64,000 nt of DNA from Candidatus Peregrinibacteria bacterium HGW-Peregrinibacteria-1 (GCA_002839505.1 PGYE01000001.1:459995-523994); one strand, 5' to 3'; counted from the first letter of the stretch, positions 18,787-29,545 are shown. The notes: generated by a model from the sequence alone, not told the origin. Translations and numbers: made by a program.

Positions 18787-20277
18787 CTATTCAGAAACCG
18801 CATCTCTGATCACTTTTCTCAACGCCAGCATTTCCGGATAGTCATAGAAAAATAACACCTTTTCCTGCGCTACGGAATTACCCGCCGGCTTATCATCAAG
18901 CACAAAAGCAGTCCAAGATTCAGCGATATCTTCCGCCGGATTAGTCGCCGCATAGTCATTCAAAAACTGATCTTTGTACTTCTCATAAAATTCCTCCAAC
19001 GCCGTGTAATACTCCATATCATCGGCAATATACAAAATATCCTCATACTCATCCCCAAAACCACTCCAGAAAGTCTGATAGAAAACATTGATATAGGACT
19101 CCGCAAGCGCACATCCTTCACCAGTAAAATACCTCGGCAAACAATCATCAATCAGCTGTTCATACTCCACATCACTCAGCGTATTCAGATAAACGCTCTC
19201 ATTCGGCGGCACCTGCGCAGGATGTAACGTCACCAAATGCCCAAACTCATGGATCAAAGTCAGCACAAACTCCGCATCATCAAGCCCGTCCACATAAGCA
19301 TCCTGATGATCAATCGCAATGCGCCACTCCTTACTGCTGGTACTGGCCTGCTGCACATAAGCCAAAGTCTCCTCAAGACCATCGCTAAAAATTGCAAATT
19401 CCTTCAAAGTCGGTCTTATCTCTCGCGGAAAAATACTCTTAAACTTCTCCCAAATTGCCCGATAATCCGCCTCATCCACACCTTCTATCAATTCCAAACC
19501 ATCACTTCCATTTATTTTATACAACGCCAAAATGTCATCCTCATCACCGTGATTATGTGACCATTCTCCGCCATTCTCATAAAACTCCTCCATCAAATCC
19601 CCCAAATAATCGTCATAATCATCGATATTCGCATAAACCCATTCATAATAATCCGTAAACCCCACAAACACCTCTTGCTCAAGATCATAATTCACTACCG
19701 CCTTTGCCAAAATATCAGCAAAAACCGCGCGCGTAATCGCCGTATCAGGATCCAGCCCATCCACTAAAATACTTTGCAAACCCGCCTCAACAAAAAGCGG
19801 CTCATACCACACCGCCGCGCTTTCGGTGTCAACGCCCCACTCAAAAATCATATTCAACGCCGAAAGCGCCTCCGCGACATTCGTCGTCCCGCTCGGCCGG
19901 AACAAACCACTATCCCCATCACCACGCACATAACCCAACTCCTTCGCATTACAAACATAAATCTCATACCACGCCCCCGCATTCAGATCCTCAAAACACC
20001 CCCCTAAATCATCCAAATCCGTATAAACCACCGCGTTCAAAAGCAGTTTTGACAGCTCCGCTCTATTCAAAGGGCGATCACCGGCAAAAGTACCATCGCT
20101 ATTCCCACTCAAAACCCCAATATCATAAAGCAAAAACACACTCTCCGCATACTCGCTCTCGCTCGTAAAATCCGAGAAAATCCCATCATAATCCTCGTCA
20201 TCAAACATCATCGAATAAGCCTGCCCAAAAGGCATAATGACTAAAGCGAGCAAAATTGATAATAATTTTTTCATCAT
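18787..20277 (-). CDS. secreted protein with N-terminal SLH domains and a C-terminal HExxH (zincin-like) putative metallopeptidase domain
   Basis: Signal peptide present. SLH-like segments (YAESVFLLYDIGVLSGNSDGTFAGDRPLNRAELSKLL; WYEIYVCNAKELGYVRGD) and an HEFGH motif in LTLIHEFGHLVTL. Confidence 0.7.
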   Translation of the reverse strand: MMKKLLSILLALVIMPFGQAYSMMFDDEDYDGIFSDFTSESEYAESVFLLYDIGVLSGNSDGTFAGDRPLNRAELSKLLLNAVVYTDLDDLGGCFEDLNAGAWYEIYVCNAKELGYVRGDGDSGLFRPSGTTNVAEALSALNMIFEWGVDTESAAVWYEPLFVEAGLQSILVDGLDPDTAITRAVFADILAKAVVNYDLEQEVFVGFTDYYEWVYANIDDYDDYLGDLMEEFYENGGEWSHNHGDEDDILALYKINGSDGLELIEGVDEADYRAIWEKFKSIFPREIRPTLKEFAIFSDGLEETLAYVQQASTSSKEWRIAIDHQDAYVDGLDDAEFVLTLIHEFGHLVTLHPAQVPPNESVYLNTLSDVEYEQLIDDCLPRYFTGEGCALAESYINVFYQTFWSGFGDEYEDILYIADDMEYYTALEEFYEKYKDQFLNDYAATNPAEDIAESWTAFVLDDKPAGNSVAQEKVLFFYDYPEMLALRKVIRDAVSE

Positions 20278-20415
20278 AATTATAATAAGAAAGAGGCTAA
20301 AAACTACCCTCCTATACTAACCATAAAATCACAAAATAGACCAACAAAAACCTAATCTATTTCCATATTCCCCTAAATTATTATAGAATAACGGCACTCT
20401 CATTTCCTTTATCTT

Positions 20416-22128
20416 ATGAAAATACAAATCAACAGAACAATTCTCTCTGTCGCGCTTCTATTAGTCTTCGTCGCCTTCCTAGCCGCCTTAAGATTCCAGG
20501 CCACCCACTCCGTAGCCCAAGGCATCGTCCTAATGGGGGAGGGGTCTGACCTCGGCGGCATCACCTATCAAAGAAGCCAACAACTCCTCGACGACTATTT
20601 CCAAAGGCTCTCACAAGAAAAAATCACCTTTGATCTCGACGGCAATATCGTCGAATTATCACTTGCTGAACTCGGCGTTAGTTTTGACTCCGATGCCACC
20701 GTCGAACGAATCCGCGAAATCTCATACGGCAAAAGTCTCTTATCGCACTATGGCATGAGATTAACCCACATATTCAAAGACACTGAAGTATCGCCCGTTT
20801 ACCAAATAGATCAAAACCGACTTATCGGCAAGCTTCAGACCGCATTTCCTATTCTTCAAGGGGCCATGGAAGCTGAAATCAACTATGATGAAGCTGGAAA
20901 TCCCTTTGTCGTAGAGCACCAGGACCGCCTCACCACCGATTTTCAGGCAATCATCACTGCCATTCCCGTCGCCATCAACTCACCGGGCAAACAATATCGC
21001 CTAGCAATCGAGTCCACCCCCTCACTTGCCAAATACCAAACAGTTAATGCCGAATCCGACCTGCTAATTTTAGAAGAACTCCTGAAAAGGGAAATCAACT
21101 TCACGGTCACTCCGCCCACCGAAGAAGAGAAACCCTACATCTACAAAACCAAAATACTCCCAAACTGGATCATCGTCCGCAATGGAGAATTGAATTTCAG
21201 CGAAGACATCATTGCCGCCTTTATCTCGGAAAACATCGCTCCCAACATTGATCAAGAGGTACAAAACGCCATCATCTCAACATTACCCGAAGAAGGTAGC
21301 AACTTTGCCATAGTTGAAGGTATCGCCATCGACGGCCGAAAAATTGATATTGAATCAACCATTGATCGCCTAAAACAAGCCCTTCAAAACAACGAGAACC
21401 AAGTTGAAATCGAGGTGCAACACATTCCCTCAAAAATTGAAAACCACACCGGAGAAAATCTCGGAAGTCTCGAACATCTCGGACAAGGACGCTCCGGATT
21501 CTGGGGATCAGCCATCGGGCGTAAAGCCAACATCAAAAAAGGCCTGACCGAAAAAGTGAACAATGTTTTAGTCGCACCTGGAGAAGAATACTCTTTCAAC
21601 AGTAACCTCGGGCCAGTCACCAACGCCGCCGGATGGTACAACGCCGACGCCATCTTCAATGGCGACGAACTGATTCCGGTCCCCGGCGGCGGCCTCTGCC
21701 AAGTCTCAACCACCGTCTATCGCGCCGCACTCAACGCCAACCTGGAAATCCTCGAACGCTACCCTCACAGCCTTTATGTCCTCTACTACGAAGAATTCGG
21801 CAATGGACTCGATGCCGCTATCTACCCGGGCCACAAAGATTTACGCTTCAAAAACACCACCGACAACTATCTTTTAGTCCAAGCTCATGTCGATGGTGAC
21901 TTTGGCTATGTTGATATCTATGGCACTCCAACCGGCGACAAAGTCGAACTCCTCGGCCCCATCTACTCCGGCCGAGTCCCCGAACAATTCCAAGAACTAG
22001 TAAACCCTCGCTGGAACGAAATCTCCTGGATACAAAAAATCACCAAATCCGACGGCACAATCGAGCTCAACCCCATCAACTCCCGATATCGCACCGCTCC
22101 CCGTAAGGTCTACCCCTACTCTGGATAG
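20416..22128 (+). CDS. VanW-family protein with an N-terminal membrane anchor
   Basis: N-terminal TM. The C-terminal VanW-domain core is VPGGGLCQVSTTVYRAALNANLEILERYPHS. Confidence 0.8.
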   Translation: MKIQINRTILSVALLLVFVAFLAALRFQATHSVAQGIVLMGEGSDLGGITYQRSQQLLDDYFQRLSQEKITFDLDGNIVELSLAELGVSFDSDATVERIREISYGKSLLSHYGMRLTHIFKDTEVSPVYQIDQNRLIGKLQTAFPILQGAMEAEINYDEAGNPFVVEHQDRLTTDFQAIITAIPVAINSPGKQYRLAIESTPSLAKYQTVNAESDLLILEELLKREINFTVTPPTEEEKPYIYKTKILPNWIIVRNGELNFSEDIIAAFISENIAPNIDQEVQNAIISTLPEEGSNFAIVEGIAIDGRKIDIESTIDRLKQALQNNENQVEIEVQHIPSKIENHTGENLGSLEHLGQGRSGFWGSAIGRKANIKKGLTEKVNNVLVAPGEEYSFNSNLGPVTNAAGWYNADAIFNGDELIPVPGGGLCQVSTTVYRAALNANLEILERYPHSLYVLYYEEFGNGLDAAIYPGHKDLRFKNTTDNYLLVQAHVDGDFGYVDIYGTPTGDKVELLGPIYSGRVPEQFQELVNPRWNEISWIQKITKSDGTIELNPINSRYRTAPRKVYPYSG

Positions 22129-22198
22129 TCATTATATCTCGAATCCTCAACAATAGGCACAAACCTCTAGGTGTGCAGCAAATTAGTGTGCAGCAAAA

Positions 22199-23308
22199 TC
22201 ACACATTACCCTTTGCCGACATCAACACCGCCAACCATCGGGTCTTTTCAAACTTCGCCAATACAATATTGATAATCACCATGATTGGCACACACAAAAT
22301 CGCGCCCACCACGCCCCAAACGCTTCCCCAGAAAGCCAATGACAGCAGTATAACCAAAGGACTCAAATTCAATGAATCTCCAGTCAAACGCGGCTCAATA
22401 ATTTGACTCATAATAATCTGGATCGTAAACAAAATAATCACCACCGCCACAAACGGGTAGATCGTCGGAAACTGAATTAACGACAACAATACCGGGAACA
22501 GCACCGCAATAAATGAACCGATGATCGGAATAAAGTTTAACAAGAAGATCAAAAACGCCCAGAATTCCGCAAAATCCACCCCTATTATCTTCAACGCAAT
22601 ATAACTCAAAATCGCCGTCGCCAAACTCACCAAACTCTTAATTTTCAGGTACTCATTCACATCTTCAACGATTCTCGAAAGCACACCTTGAGTCGCATCG
22701 TACTTCCCCTGATCCGGCACCATATTCTTGAGCTTTTTCCCAAAAGTCCGGCTTTCAATCAGTAAAAACAGCACATAGATCAAAATTACGCCCATATTAC
22801 GGGCAATATTTCCCAACGCTTGGGCAAATTTGGTGAAAAATTCCACAAAATCTATCCTCTCGATCAGACTTGGACTCTTATCTATACTTGATACTTGTTG
22901 CCCTGTAATTATAACCGTTTCATCTACAGCAATCTCATCTTCTGACTCTCCCTGCAGAAACTCAAAATCCATGAAATTCTCCACACGCACCACCACCTCC
23001 TTCAATTTTTCCTCATACTTTGGCGCCTGAGCAATCACCTGATTAATACTGTTATTAACTATCCAAGAGACACAAAACAAAACCGCCAAACAAGTAAGAA
23101 CCGACAGCGTTAAAGCCTGCCAATACTTCATCTTCCTCTTTTTAATACCAGGAAACTTTAATTTCTGAAAAACATGAACCAGAGATATAACGAAATACCA
23201 AATAATAATTGCAATCACAAACGGCATCAAAATATCCTTTCCTCCCACCAGAATCGTAAATATCAAAAACAACAATATCGCGCTCAGTGTAAAGTTTAGA
23301 AGTTTCAT
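22199..23308 (-). CDS. AI-2E family transporter (PerM/UPF0118)
   Basis: 369-aa polytopic membrane protein with the family-typical C-terminal half (IPIIGSFIAVLFPVLLSL, LSPLVILLSLAFWGSVWGVVGAILCVP). Confidence 0.8.
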   Translation of the reverse strand: MKLLNFTLSAILLFLIFTILVGGKDILMPFVIAIIIWYFVISLVHVFQKLKFPGIKKRKMKYWQALTLSVLTCLAVLFCVSWIVNNSINQVIAQAPKYEEKLKEVVVRVENFMDFEFLQGESEDEIAVDETVIITGQQVSSIDKSPSLIERIDFVEFFTKFAQALGNIARNMGVILIYVLFLLIESRTFGKKLKNMVPDQGKYDATQGVLSRIVEDVNEYLKIKSLVSLATAILSYIALKIIGVDFAEFWAFLIFLLNFIPIIGSFIAVLFPVLLSLIQFPTIYPFVAVVIILFTIQIIMSQIIEPRLTGDSLNLSPLVILLSLAFWGSVWGVVGAILCVPIMVIINIVLAKFEKTRWLAVLMSAKGNV

Positions 23309-23416
23309 TAGGAATAATTAGTGATTTCAACGCCTATTATATAGATAAAAGCCAATTCGGCAACTTCACCTTCACAACCTCTTCACCAGCTCGCAAAACA
23401 AATTCAACAGCTATAT

Positions 23417-23451
23417 CAAAAACAAAAGCCCCGGCAGATTTCTGCCGAGGC
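23417..23451 (-). terminator. rho-independent terminator for the 23474..24115 gene
   Basis: Stem cggcag pairs with ctgccg, extended by gcc/ggc. It is followed on the minus strand by TTTTGTTTTT. Confidence 0.65.
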
Positions 23452-23473
23452 CTCTATCCCACCCAACCTTACA

Positions 23474-24115
23474 TTATTTTGCAACGGTCAGTTTCCAAAC
23501 CTCACGATTATTTGTCGCATTCTTCACCACAACAGTCACATGATCACCGCGTACGCTGATCTCGGCATATGCGTTTTCCACAATATTTGTCACGGCCTGA
23601 TTCATAAGACCACAATCAATCATTTCAAACTCTACGATTTCTTTTCCCTTGCTCATAGTTGTGGTTACAGCAAAGATTTTTTCTCCCACAAAGAATTGGA
23701 TATCACCTCCCATATCAATACACTCGCACACATCAACAGGTTTCACAGCCGGTTTTTTATAGATTGGCTTCTTCACAGGTGGCTTAACCTCAGGCGTTAC
23801 TGGTGTTTCCGGCACGATTGGTCCGTAAAGAAGCATCCACTCCAAAAAAGTCATTCCAGAAGATGTATCACCAGAGACTAGACGAGCACCACTTTTAGAA
23901 ACGGTGTTTCTATCGCGCACCGGCCCTGGACCATTATTGTCAGGCACCACAATCACCGGTCCCGGTGGCGTACTTCCAGCAGTCAAAAAGTTATTTGCTG
24001 AAGATACCGATACATCCGGCGTACTACCTGCTGTCAGGAAATTATTTGCAGCACCAGCGGTTGCACTTATGGCAATGGCGGCAATCACCAAGCCCGCAAT
24101 TAAAAACTTCTTCAT
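23474..24115 (-). CDS. secreted protein of unknown function with a duplicated ANNFLTAGSTP motif and a Pro/Lys-rich linker
   Basis: Signal peptide MKKFLIAGLVIAAIAISATAGA. ANNFLTAGSTP occurs twice, and a ~32-nt imperfect DNA repeat lies at about 23960-24050. Confidence 0.5.
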   Translation of the reverse strand: MKKFLIAGLVIAAIAISATAGAANNFLTAGSTPDVSVSSANNFLTAGSTPPGPVIVVPDNNGPGPVRDRNTVSKSGARLVSGDTSSGMTFLEWMLLYGPIVPETPVTPEVKPPVKKPIYKKPAVKPVDVCECIDMGGDIQFFVGEKIFAVTTTMSKGKEIVEFEMIDCGLMNQAVTNIVENAYAEISVRGDHVTVVVKNATNNREVWKLTVAK

Positions 24116-24264
24116 ATTGATTTGGGTTAAAGCTACTCTAAGGAATGAATTATAACGGTCAAATAAGATTTGTCCACCTCTTTATTCCCAAACACCACCT
24201 TTTAAAATCGCTAGTTAACCATTAGAATCGACAAGTTCTTAAAAACCTAAATTAAACCAAATCT

Positions 24265-26904
24265 ATGACAGTACATTTAGACGACTACAAACCGCACCCT
24301 TACAGCATTCCACATGTAAACTTGAATTTCACGATCCACTCTCATGAAAAAGTCACTGTAAAATCCGAATTCAAATTGATCCCAAACAAAGCATCCACCG
24401 AACAAAACCAAGATCTTGTTTTCCAAGTGGGGGATAATGTCGAAATCAACTCAATCAAAATCGATGATAAAGAATTAACAGACTACCAAATAAATGAGGA
24501 CGATTTAACGATCCCAGCCTCATATCTCACAGGAATCAGCGCCGAAAATTCCTTAAACTTTGAAATCCACAACACTATCAACCCTCAAACCAACAAAACA
24601 CTCGAAGGACTCTATAAATCCAATGACATTTTGGTTACCCAATGTGAATCCGAAGGGTTTCGTCGCATCACTCCATTCATCGATCGACCTGACAGTCTCA
24701 CCGATTTTACCGTCACGATCACAGCTGATCGCGATAAATTCCCGGTAATAATCTCCAATGGAAACAAAATCGCCGATGAAAATCTCCCTGACAATCTTCA
24801 CACCAAAACCTACCGTGATCCCTTTCCCAAACCGGGATATCTTTTCGCACTTGTTGCCGGCCGGTTTGACCTCGTCGAAGATACCTTTACTACTAGGTCC
24901 GGCCGCCCCGTCACCCTCCAACTCTACTCCGAACCCGGCGACAAAAAACGCTCTTACCACGGCATCGAATCCCTGAAAAAAGCCATGAAATGGGATGAAG
25001 ACCGCTTTGATTTGGAATATGACCTCGATCTCTACTGCATCGTCTCCGCCAATGACTTCAACTCCGGCGCAATGGAAAACAAAGGCCTCAACATCTTCAA
25101 CTCATCCTGCATCCTCGTCGACCCCGAAAGCGGTACCGACGGCGATTATCACAGTGTCGAAGCCGTTGTCGGACATGAGTATTCTCACAACTGGACCGGA
25201 AACCGAGTAACTTGCCGCGACTGGTTTCAAATCACCCTCAAAGAAGGCCTGACCAACTACCGCGAACGCGAATTTTCCTCCGACATGAACTCTCGCCTCA
25301 TTCAGCGTATTTCCGATGTTCGATACATCAAAGAACGCCAATTCATGGAAGATGCCGGCCCCAACTGCCACCCGATCCGGCCTCGCCAATATGAAGCCAT
25401 CGACAACTTCTACACCTCAACAATTTACTATAAAGGAGCCGAAGTTATCGGAATGATCCACACCCTGATCGGCGAAGAAAACTTCAAAAACGGCATCAGC
25501 CTCTACATTAAACGACATGACGGCCAAGCGGTAACCACCGATGAATTCGTCCAAGCCATGCAAGACACCTCCGGACTCGACCTCACACAATTCAAAAACA
25601 CCTGGTACGAACAAGCCGGCACTCCGAAACTAGCCATCACCGAAAACCTAGATCTTCAGAGCCTTACCTACACTCTCAACATCGAACAAATCCTCGCTTT
25701 CAAAGACCACAAGCCCTACCACATGCCATTTCTTGTTGGACTCATCGACCAAAACGGCAACGAAATCAAATTGGAACTCGCAAACAACAGCGAGCAAAAA
25801 GACCTCGACAGGGGACTGCTCCATCTCCGTGAACTAAAAGAAAGTTTCACCTTCAAACTACCCACAGGCACCACCAAAGTCGTCCCATCATTACTCCGCG
25901 ACTTCTGCGCTCCCGTAATTCTCCAATATCAACACAACGAGCCCAACCTCATCCACCTGATGAAATACGACACCAATGAATTCAACCGCTACCAAGCATC
26001 TCAAGAAATAGCCACCATCGCCATCAATAAGATCATCGACAACCTTGAACGCGACCAAAAATCCGAAATTGACGACACCACTCTGGAAATATACGGAGGC
26101 TTCTTCGATTTCTCTCCCGACCAGACCGAACTCATCGCTCAAATGCTCATTCTCCCACCAATACGAACCATCGCCCAACACCGAGCAACACACGACTATC
26201 CAAAAATCAAATCGGCTCGGGACTACATGCTTAAGGCAATCGCTCAAAAATATGAAAAGCAAATCCTCGAAACCTATCTCAATCAAAACCCGGCAAAACC
26301 TTACCGCTACACCGCTGAAGATTCAGCTCAAAGATCACTCAAAGGAGTCCTTCTCAATTACCTTGCAAAACTCGATGACAAATATTTCCATCTCATCAAA
26401 GAACAGTACTACAACTCCGACAATATGACCGAGCAATTCCAAGCCCTCCGCCTAGCCGTCGATTTTTCTCAAGGCCAAGAAATAAAGGAACACTTTCTCG
26501 ATCGCTGGAAAAGCGACCAGCTTGTCTTCAACAAATATCTTGTTGCCATCAGCTACTCTGAAAAAGAGGACACTCTCAATGAAGTCTTAAAGGCCGAGCA
26601 ACACCCCTCATTCAACATCGAAAACCCCAACAATGTCTATTCCCTCTATAGCGCTTTCGCCGGTAATGTAGGAGTCTTTCACCTCAACGCTCAAGAAAAC
26701 TATCGCTTTTATGTTGATCGCCTTGCCAAGATTGATAAATTCAACAGCAAGCTCGCCACCAACATCGCCAAACAGCTTGATATCATCAACAAACTGCCCG
26801 AACAAAATCGCAACATTCTCAAAACTGAAATCAGCCGTATCACAACAGATCAAAATCTCAGCAAAATTCTCCTCGAAGTATTAAATCCGCTATTAAAGGT
26901 ATAA
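24265..26904 (+). CDS. pepN: aminopeptidase N (M1 family)
   Basis: GAMENKGLNIFN exopeptidase motif, and HEYSHNWTGNRVTCRDWFQITLKEGLTNYRE (HExxH-18-E zinc site). Length is 879 aa. Confidence 0.93.
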   Translation: MTVHLDDYKPHPYSIPHVNLNFTIHSHEKVTVKSEFKLIPNKASTEQNQDLVFQVGDNVEINSIKIDDKELTDYQINEDDLTIPASYLTGISAENSLNFEIHNTINPQTNKTLEGLYKSNDILVTQCESEGFRRITPFIDRPDSLTDFTVTITADRDKFPVIISNGNKIADENLPDNLHTKTYRDPFPKPGYLFALVAGRFDLVEDTFTTRSGRPVTLQLYSEPGDKKRSYHGIESLKKAMKWDEDRFDLEYDLDLYCIVSANDFNSGAMENKGLNIFNSSCILVDPESGTDGDYHSVEAVVGHEYSHNWTGNRVTCRDWFQITLKEGLTNYREREFSSDMNSRLIQRISDVRYIKERQFMEDAGPNCHPIRPRQYEAIDNFYTSTIYYKGAEVIGMIHTLIGEENFKNGISLYIKRHDGQAVTTDEFVQAMQDTSGLDLTQFKNTWYEQAGTPKLAITENLDLQSLTYTLNIEQILAFKDHKPYHMPFLVGLIDQNGNEIKLELANNSEQKDLDRGLLHLRELKESFTFKLPTGTTKVVPSLLRDFCAPVILQYQHNEPNLIHLMKYDTNEFNRYQASQEIATIAINKIIDNLERDQKSEIDDTTLEIYGGFFDFSPDQTELIAQMLILPPIRTIAQHRATHDYPKIKSARDYMLKAIAQKYEKQILETYLNQNPAKPYRYTAEDSAQRSLKGVLLNYLAKLDDKYFHLIKEQYYNSDNMTEQFQALRLAVDFSQGQEIKEHFLDRWKSDQLVFNKYLVAISYSEKEDTLNEVLKAEQHPSFNIENPNNVYSLYSAFAGNVGVFHLNAQENYRFYVDRLAKIDKFNSKLATNIAKQLDIINKLPEQNRNILKTEISRITTDQNLSKILLEVLNPLLKV

Positions 26905-26914
26905 TCCTTAAAAC

Positions 26915-27898
26915 CTAATTTTCAAACCCCGCGACCACAAAGCTAAACGCTTTGTGGTCGCTACCTGGTACATTAATCAAATCAAACTGCCCAACTTCCA
27001 AATCCTTACTCACAAATAAATAATCCAACGGAACAGTCGCAAACGGAAACCAGTCCGGGCTCCAGGTCGGCTCCACAATACCGTTATCATCATTCACAAG
27101 ATCAAAATTATACTTCAGTCTTTTTTCCAATTTTTTGAAATGCGTCGACCACGGCGATACATTAAAATCTCCAACCAAAATGCACCTCTCCTCACAATCA
27201 GCCACAAACTCTCCAATAGCTTCCAACTGCTCATTCCTGGCATGATAAAAACTCGGCAGATGCGGGCTGTAAGTATGCGCCACGAAAAAACTATAAACGA
27301 GCCCGCCCCCCTCCACCTCATACTTCACCACCGGCGCCCCACCCCCACCAAACTCCACTCCCACCACCTTATATTTACTAAACAAATGATTCGCATATAT
27401 CCCTTTCAACTCACCAATCTCCGCATACGAACTATCCTCAAAATCCTTCACAGCCGCAGACAGCCCATCCATTTGCAACCCCTCAAACTCCACAAACATC
27501 GCAACCCCCGGATCGATCTCGCGAAACTTCCCCTCAAATTCATTAAGCCGCGAATTTTTATAATATACATTCCCAAAAAGCACCTTCAATCCACGATCAC
27601 CAAATAGATCATCAGAGCCTTCACCATTCAGCCCTACCCCTCGATCCTCCTCCACCCCAACACCCCTCGAAACCACCCCCGCAAACGCCATCACCACCAC
27701 CAGACAAGTCGCCACCAACCCTCGCCCCCTTCCCAAGAACATAAAAACCCCCATCAAAACCACATAAGCCCCCATCCACCACGGCAAAAAACTCACAAAA
27801 ATCTCACCCAAATAAGTATCGTGAAACGCCCACAACAACACTGGAAACAACACCAGCGATAAAAAGAAACCGATATCGATACTTTTTCTTTTCAACAT
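26915..27898 (-). CDS. membrane-anchored endonuclease/exonuclease/phosphatase (EEP) family protein
   Basis: Three N-terminal TM helices. EEP catalytic contexts ILVGDFNVSPWS and VPGSDHKAF are present. Confidence 0.7.
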   Translation of the reverse strand: MLKRKSIDIGFFLSLVLFPVLLWAFHDTYLGEIFVSFLPWWMGAYVVLMGVFMFLGRGRGLVATCLVVVMAFAGVVSRGVGVEEDRGVGLNGEGSDDLFGDRGLKVLFGNVYYKNSRLNEFEGKFREIDPGVAMFVEFEGLQMDGLSAAVKDFEDSSYAEIGELKGIYANHLFSKYKVVGVEFGGGGAPVVKYEVEGGGLVYSFFVAHTYSPHLPSFYHARNEQLEAIGEFVADCEERCILVGDFNVSPWSTHFKKLEKRLKYNFDLVNDDNGIVEPTWSPDWFPFATVPLDYLFVSKDLEVGQFDLINVPGSDHKAFSFVVAGFEN

Positions 27899-27981
27899 AC
27901 CCTCGATTTTAACCGTTTAAAAGCCAAATACAAGATCGAAATCATCATCTTTTCGCAAATTTAATAATCCTTTCCAGAATA

Positions 27982-28009
27982 TTGCCCTTATTGTCAATCT
28001 TGCTATAAT
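27982..28009 (+). promoter_or_regulatory. candidate extended -10 promoter for the sortase gene
   Basis: TTGCCC, then 16 nt, then TGcTATAAT (TATAAT at 28004-28009). This lies ~28 nt upstream of the ATG at 28037. Confidence 0.45.
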
Positions 28010-28036
28010 AAAGCAACTCTTATTCCATCTCATTTC

Positions 28037-29110
28037 ATGCAAGACAACAACCCCGACAAACAGCATTTTGTTCTTCACATTCATGATTATGTTGAAGACG
28101 AAGAGCCCACGCTCGCAGAGGAAGCTCCCGAACCTAAAGTACAAGATCCGCAAAATTCTCACAGCGAAAAATCCGTTGCCGAAGAACTAGCCGCAATCGA
28201 AGCATCCTTAAAAGAAAGCCCCGCCTTCATCCTTCCCGAACGCTTACTGATCAATGAAAACAAAGACGCAGACCACCGCCAGCCACTATCTCTTGAAACC
28301 ACCCCTCCTCCCGAAGAAAAACCAGAAAAACCGGAGAAAAAATCTCGCCCTCCCAAAAGGGTTTACACGATAATTATTGACGCCCTCCGCCAACTTGTCG
28401 CCAGCGCCGTCATCCTCGGTATCTTATTTTTTCTTCTCAACAGCAGCGCCTACATCGAGCTCGCCAAACACCAGTGGGAAAAACTTACTGGCCAAATTGA
28501 CAACAGCCCTCTTGTCCAGCTCATTGACACCCCCACAACTCCCGACCAAAACAGCGTAACAACCCTCATCGACACTAGAAGCCCGACATCACTTATCAAT
28601 CAGCTTCCCCCACTTAATATTGAAGTTGCCCCCATCGACAATCGCATCATCATCCCTCGCATCAACCGCAACATCCCCATAATTAGGACTAGTAGCCAAG
28701 CCTTAATCGACCGCGACTGGGTTGCACTCGAGAGCAACATCCAAGAAGCGCTTCAGGACGGAGTCGTCCACTATCCGGGCACCTCAATTCCAGGCGAAGA
28801 TGGCAATGTCGTCATCACAGGACACAGCTCCTATTTTCCTTGGGATCCGGGCAGATTCAAAGATGTCTTTGCACTTTTACATGAAGTATCCGAAGGGGAC
28901 GAGATTATCGTGTATTGGGATCAGAAAAAATACACTTACGAGATCACTGGCCGCAAAATAGTCCTTCCAAGTGAAATAGAAGTCCTTCATCCAACCTCCA
29001 GCGAACAGCTCACCCTCATAACCTGCACCCCCATCGGCACCAACTCCAAACGCCTAATAATCAGCGGTACACCAAAAAGCGTCGAGAATCTCAGCACCGT
29101 TGCTCGCTAA
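28037..29110 (+). CDS. sortase-family transpeptidase with a long acidic/Pro-rich N-terminal cytoplasmic extension
   Basis: One TM (ASAVILGILFFLLNSSAYI). Sortase catalytic contexts: VITGHSSYF (His), LTLITCTP (TLxTC Cys) and a downstream Arg (KRLIISG). Confidence 0.8.
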   Translation: MQDNNPDKQHFVLHIHDYVEDEEPTLAEEAPEPKVQDPQNSHSEKSVAEELAAIEASLKESPAFILPERLLINENKDADHRQPLSLETTPPPEEKPEKPEKKSRPPKRVYTIIIDALRQLVASAVILGILFFLLNSSAYIELAKHQWEKLTGQIDNSPLVQLIDTPTTPDQNSVTTLIDTRSPTSLINQLPPLNIEVAPIDNRIIIPRINRNIPIIRTSSQALIDRDWVALESNIQEALQDGVVHYPGTSIPGEDGNVVITGHSSYFPWDPGRFKDVFALLHEVSEGDEIIVYWDQKKYTYEITGRKIVLPSEIEVLHPTSSEQLTLITCTPIGTNSKRLIISGTPKSVENLSTVAR

Positions 29111-29113
29111 AAT

Positions 29114-29545
29114 TTAAAACCCCAAATCTGAAAGCTCCTTCAGAAGTTTTTCCTCCTCTGCACGATCCTTCTCCGAACTAGTCGCCTCCGCCGCCCTCAG
29201 CTTTTCTTGTCTTTCCCTGATCGCATTTTCATCAAGCTCTCTCACCGGCTTTTTCTCTGAATACTTATTTTCAATCTCAGAAAGCTGTACCTGCTCATTA
29301 ACCATAATATCTCGCAGCTTGACTACCTGCTCATCATTCATAATCGGCATGATTTGCAACCAATATTCCCGCTCTTCCTTATCCATCGACTCAGTTTCAT
29401 AAATCAACTTCATCAAATCCGGATATTTTTCTCTAATCAAATCCGGAACAATATAAATTTTTTCCACCTCAGCGATATACTGCTCAGCGGTTTTATTTTT
29501 GTCTACGACGACGGCATCACTTTTATAAATTGTCTGATCACTCAT
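29114..29545 (-). CDS. hypothetical helical/coiled-coil protein (third gene of a three-gene operon)
   Basis: 143 aa, charged. It contains the EEREYWLQIMPIMNDEQVVKLRDIM module, also seen in the 49314..49955 product. Confidence 0.5.
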   Translation of the reverse strand: MSDQTIYKSDAVVVDKNKTAEQYIAEVEKIYIVPDLIREKYPDLMKLIYETESMDKEEREYWLQIMPIMNDEQVVKLRDIMVNEQVQLSEIENKYSEKKPVRELDENAIRERQEKLRAAEATSSEKDRAEEEKLLKELSDLGF

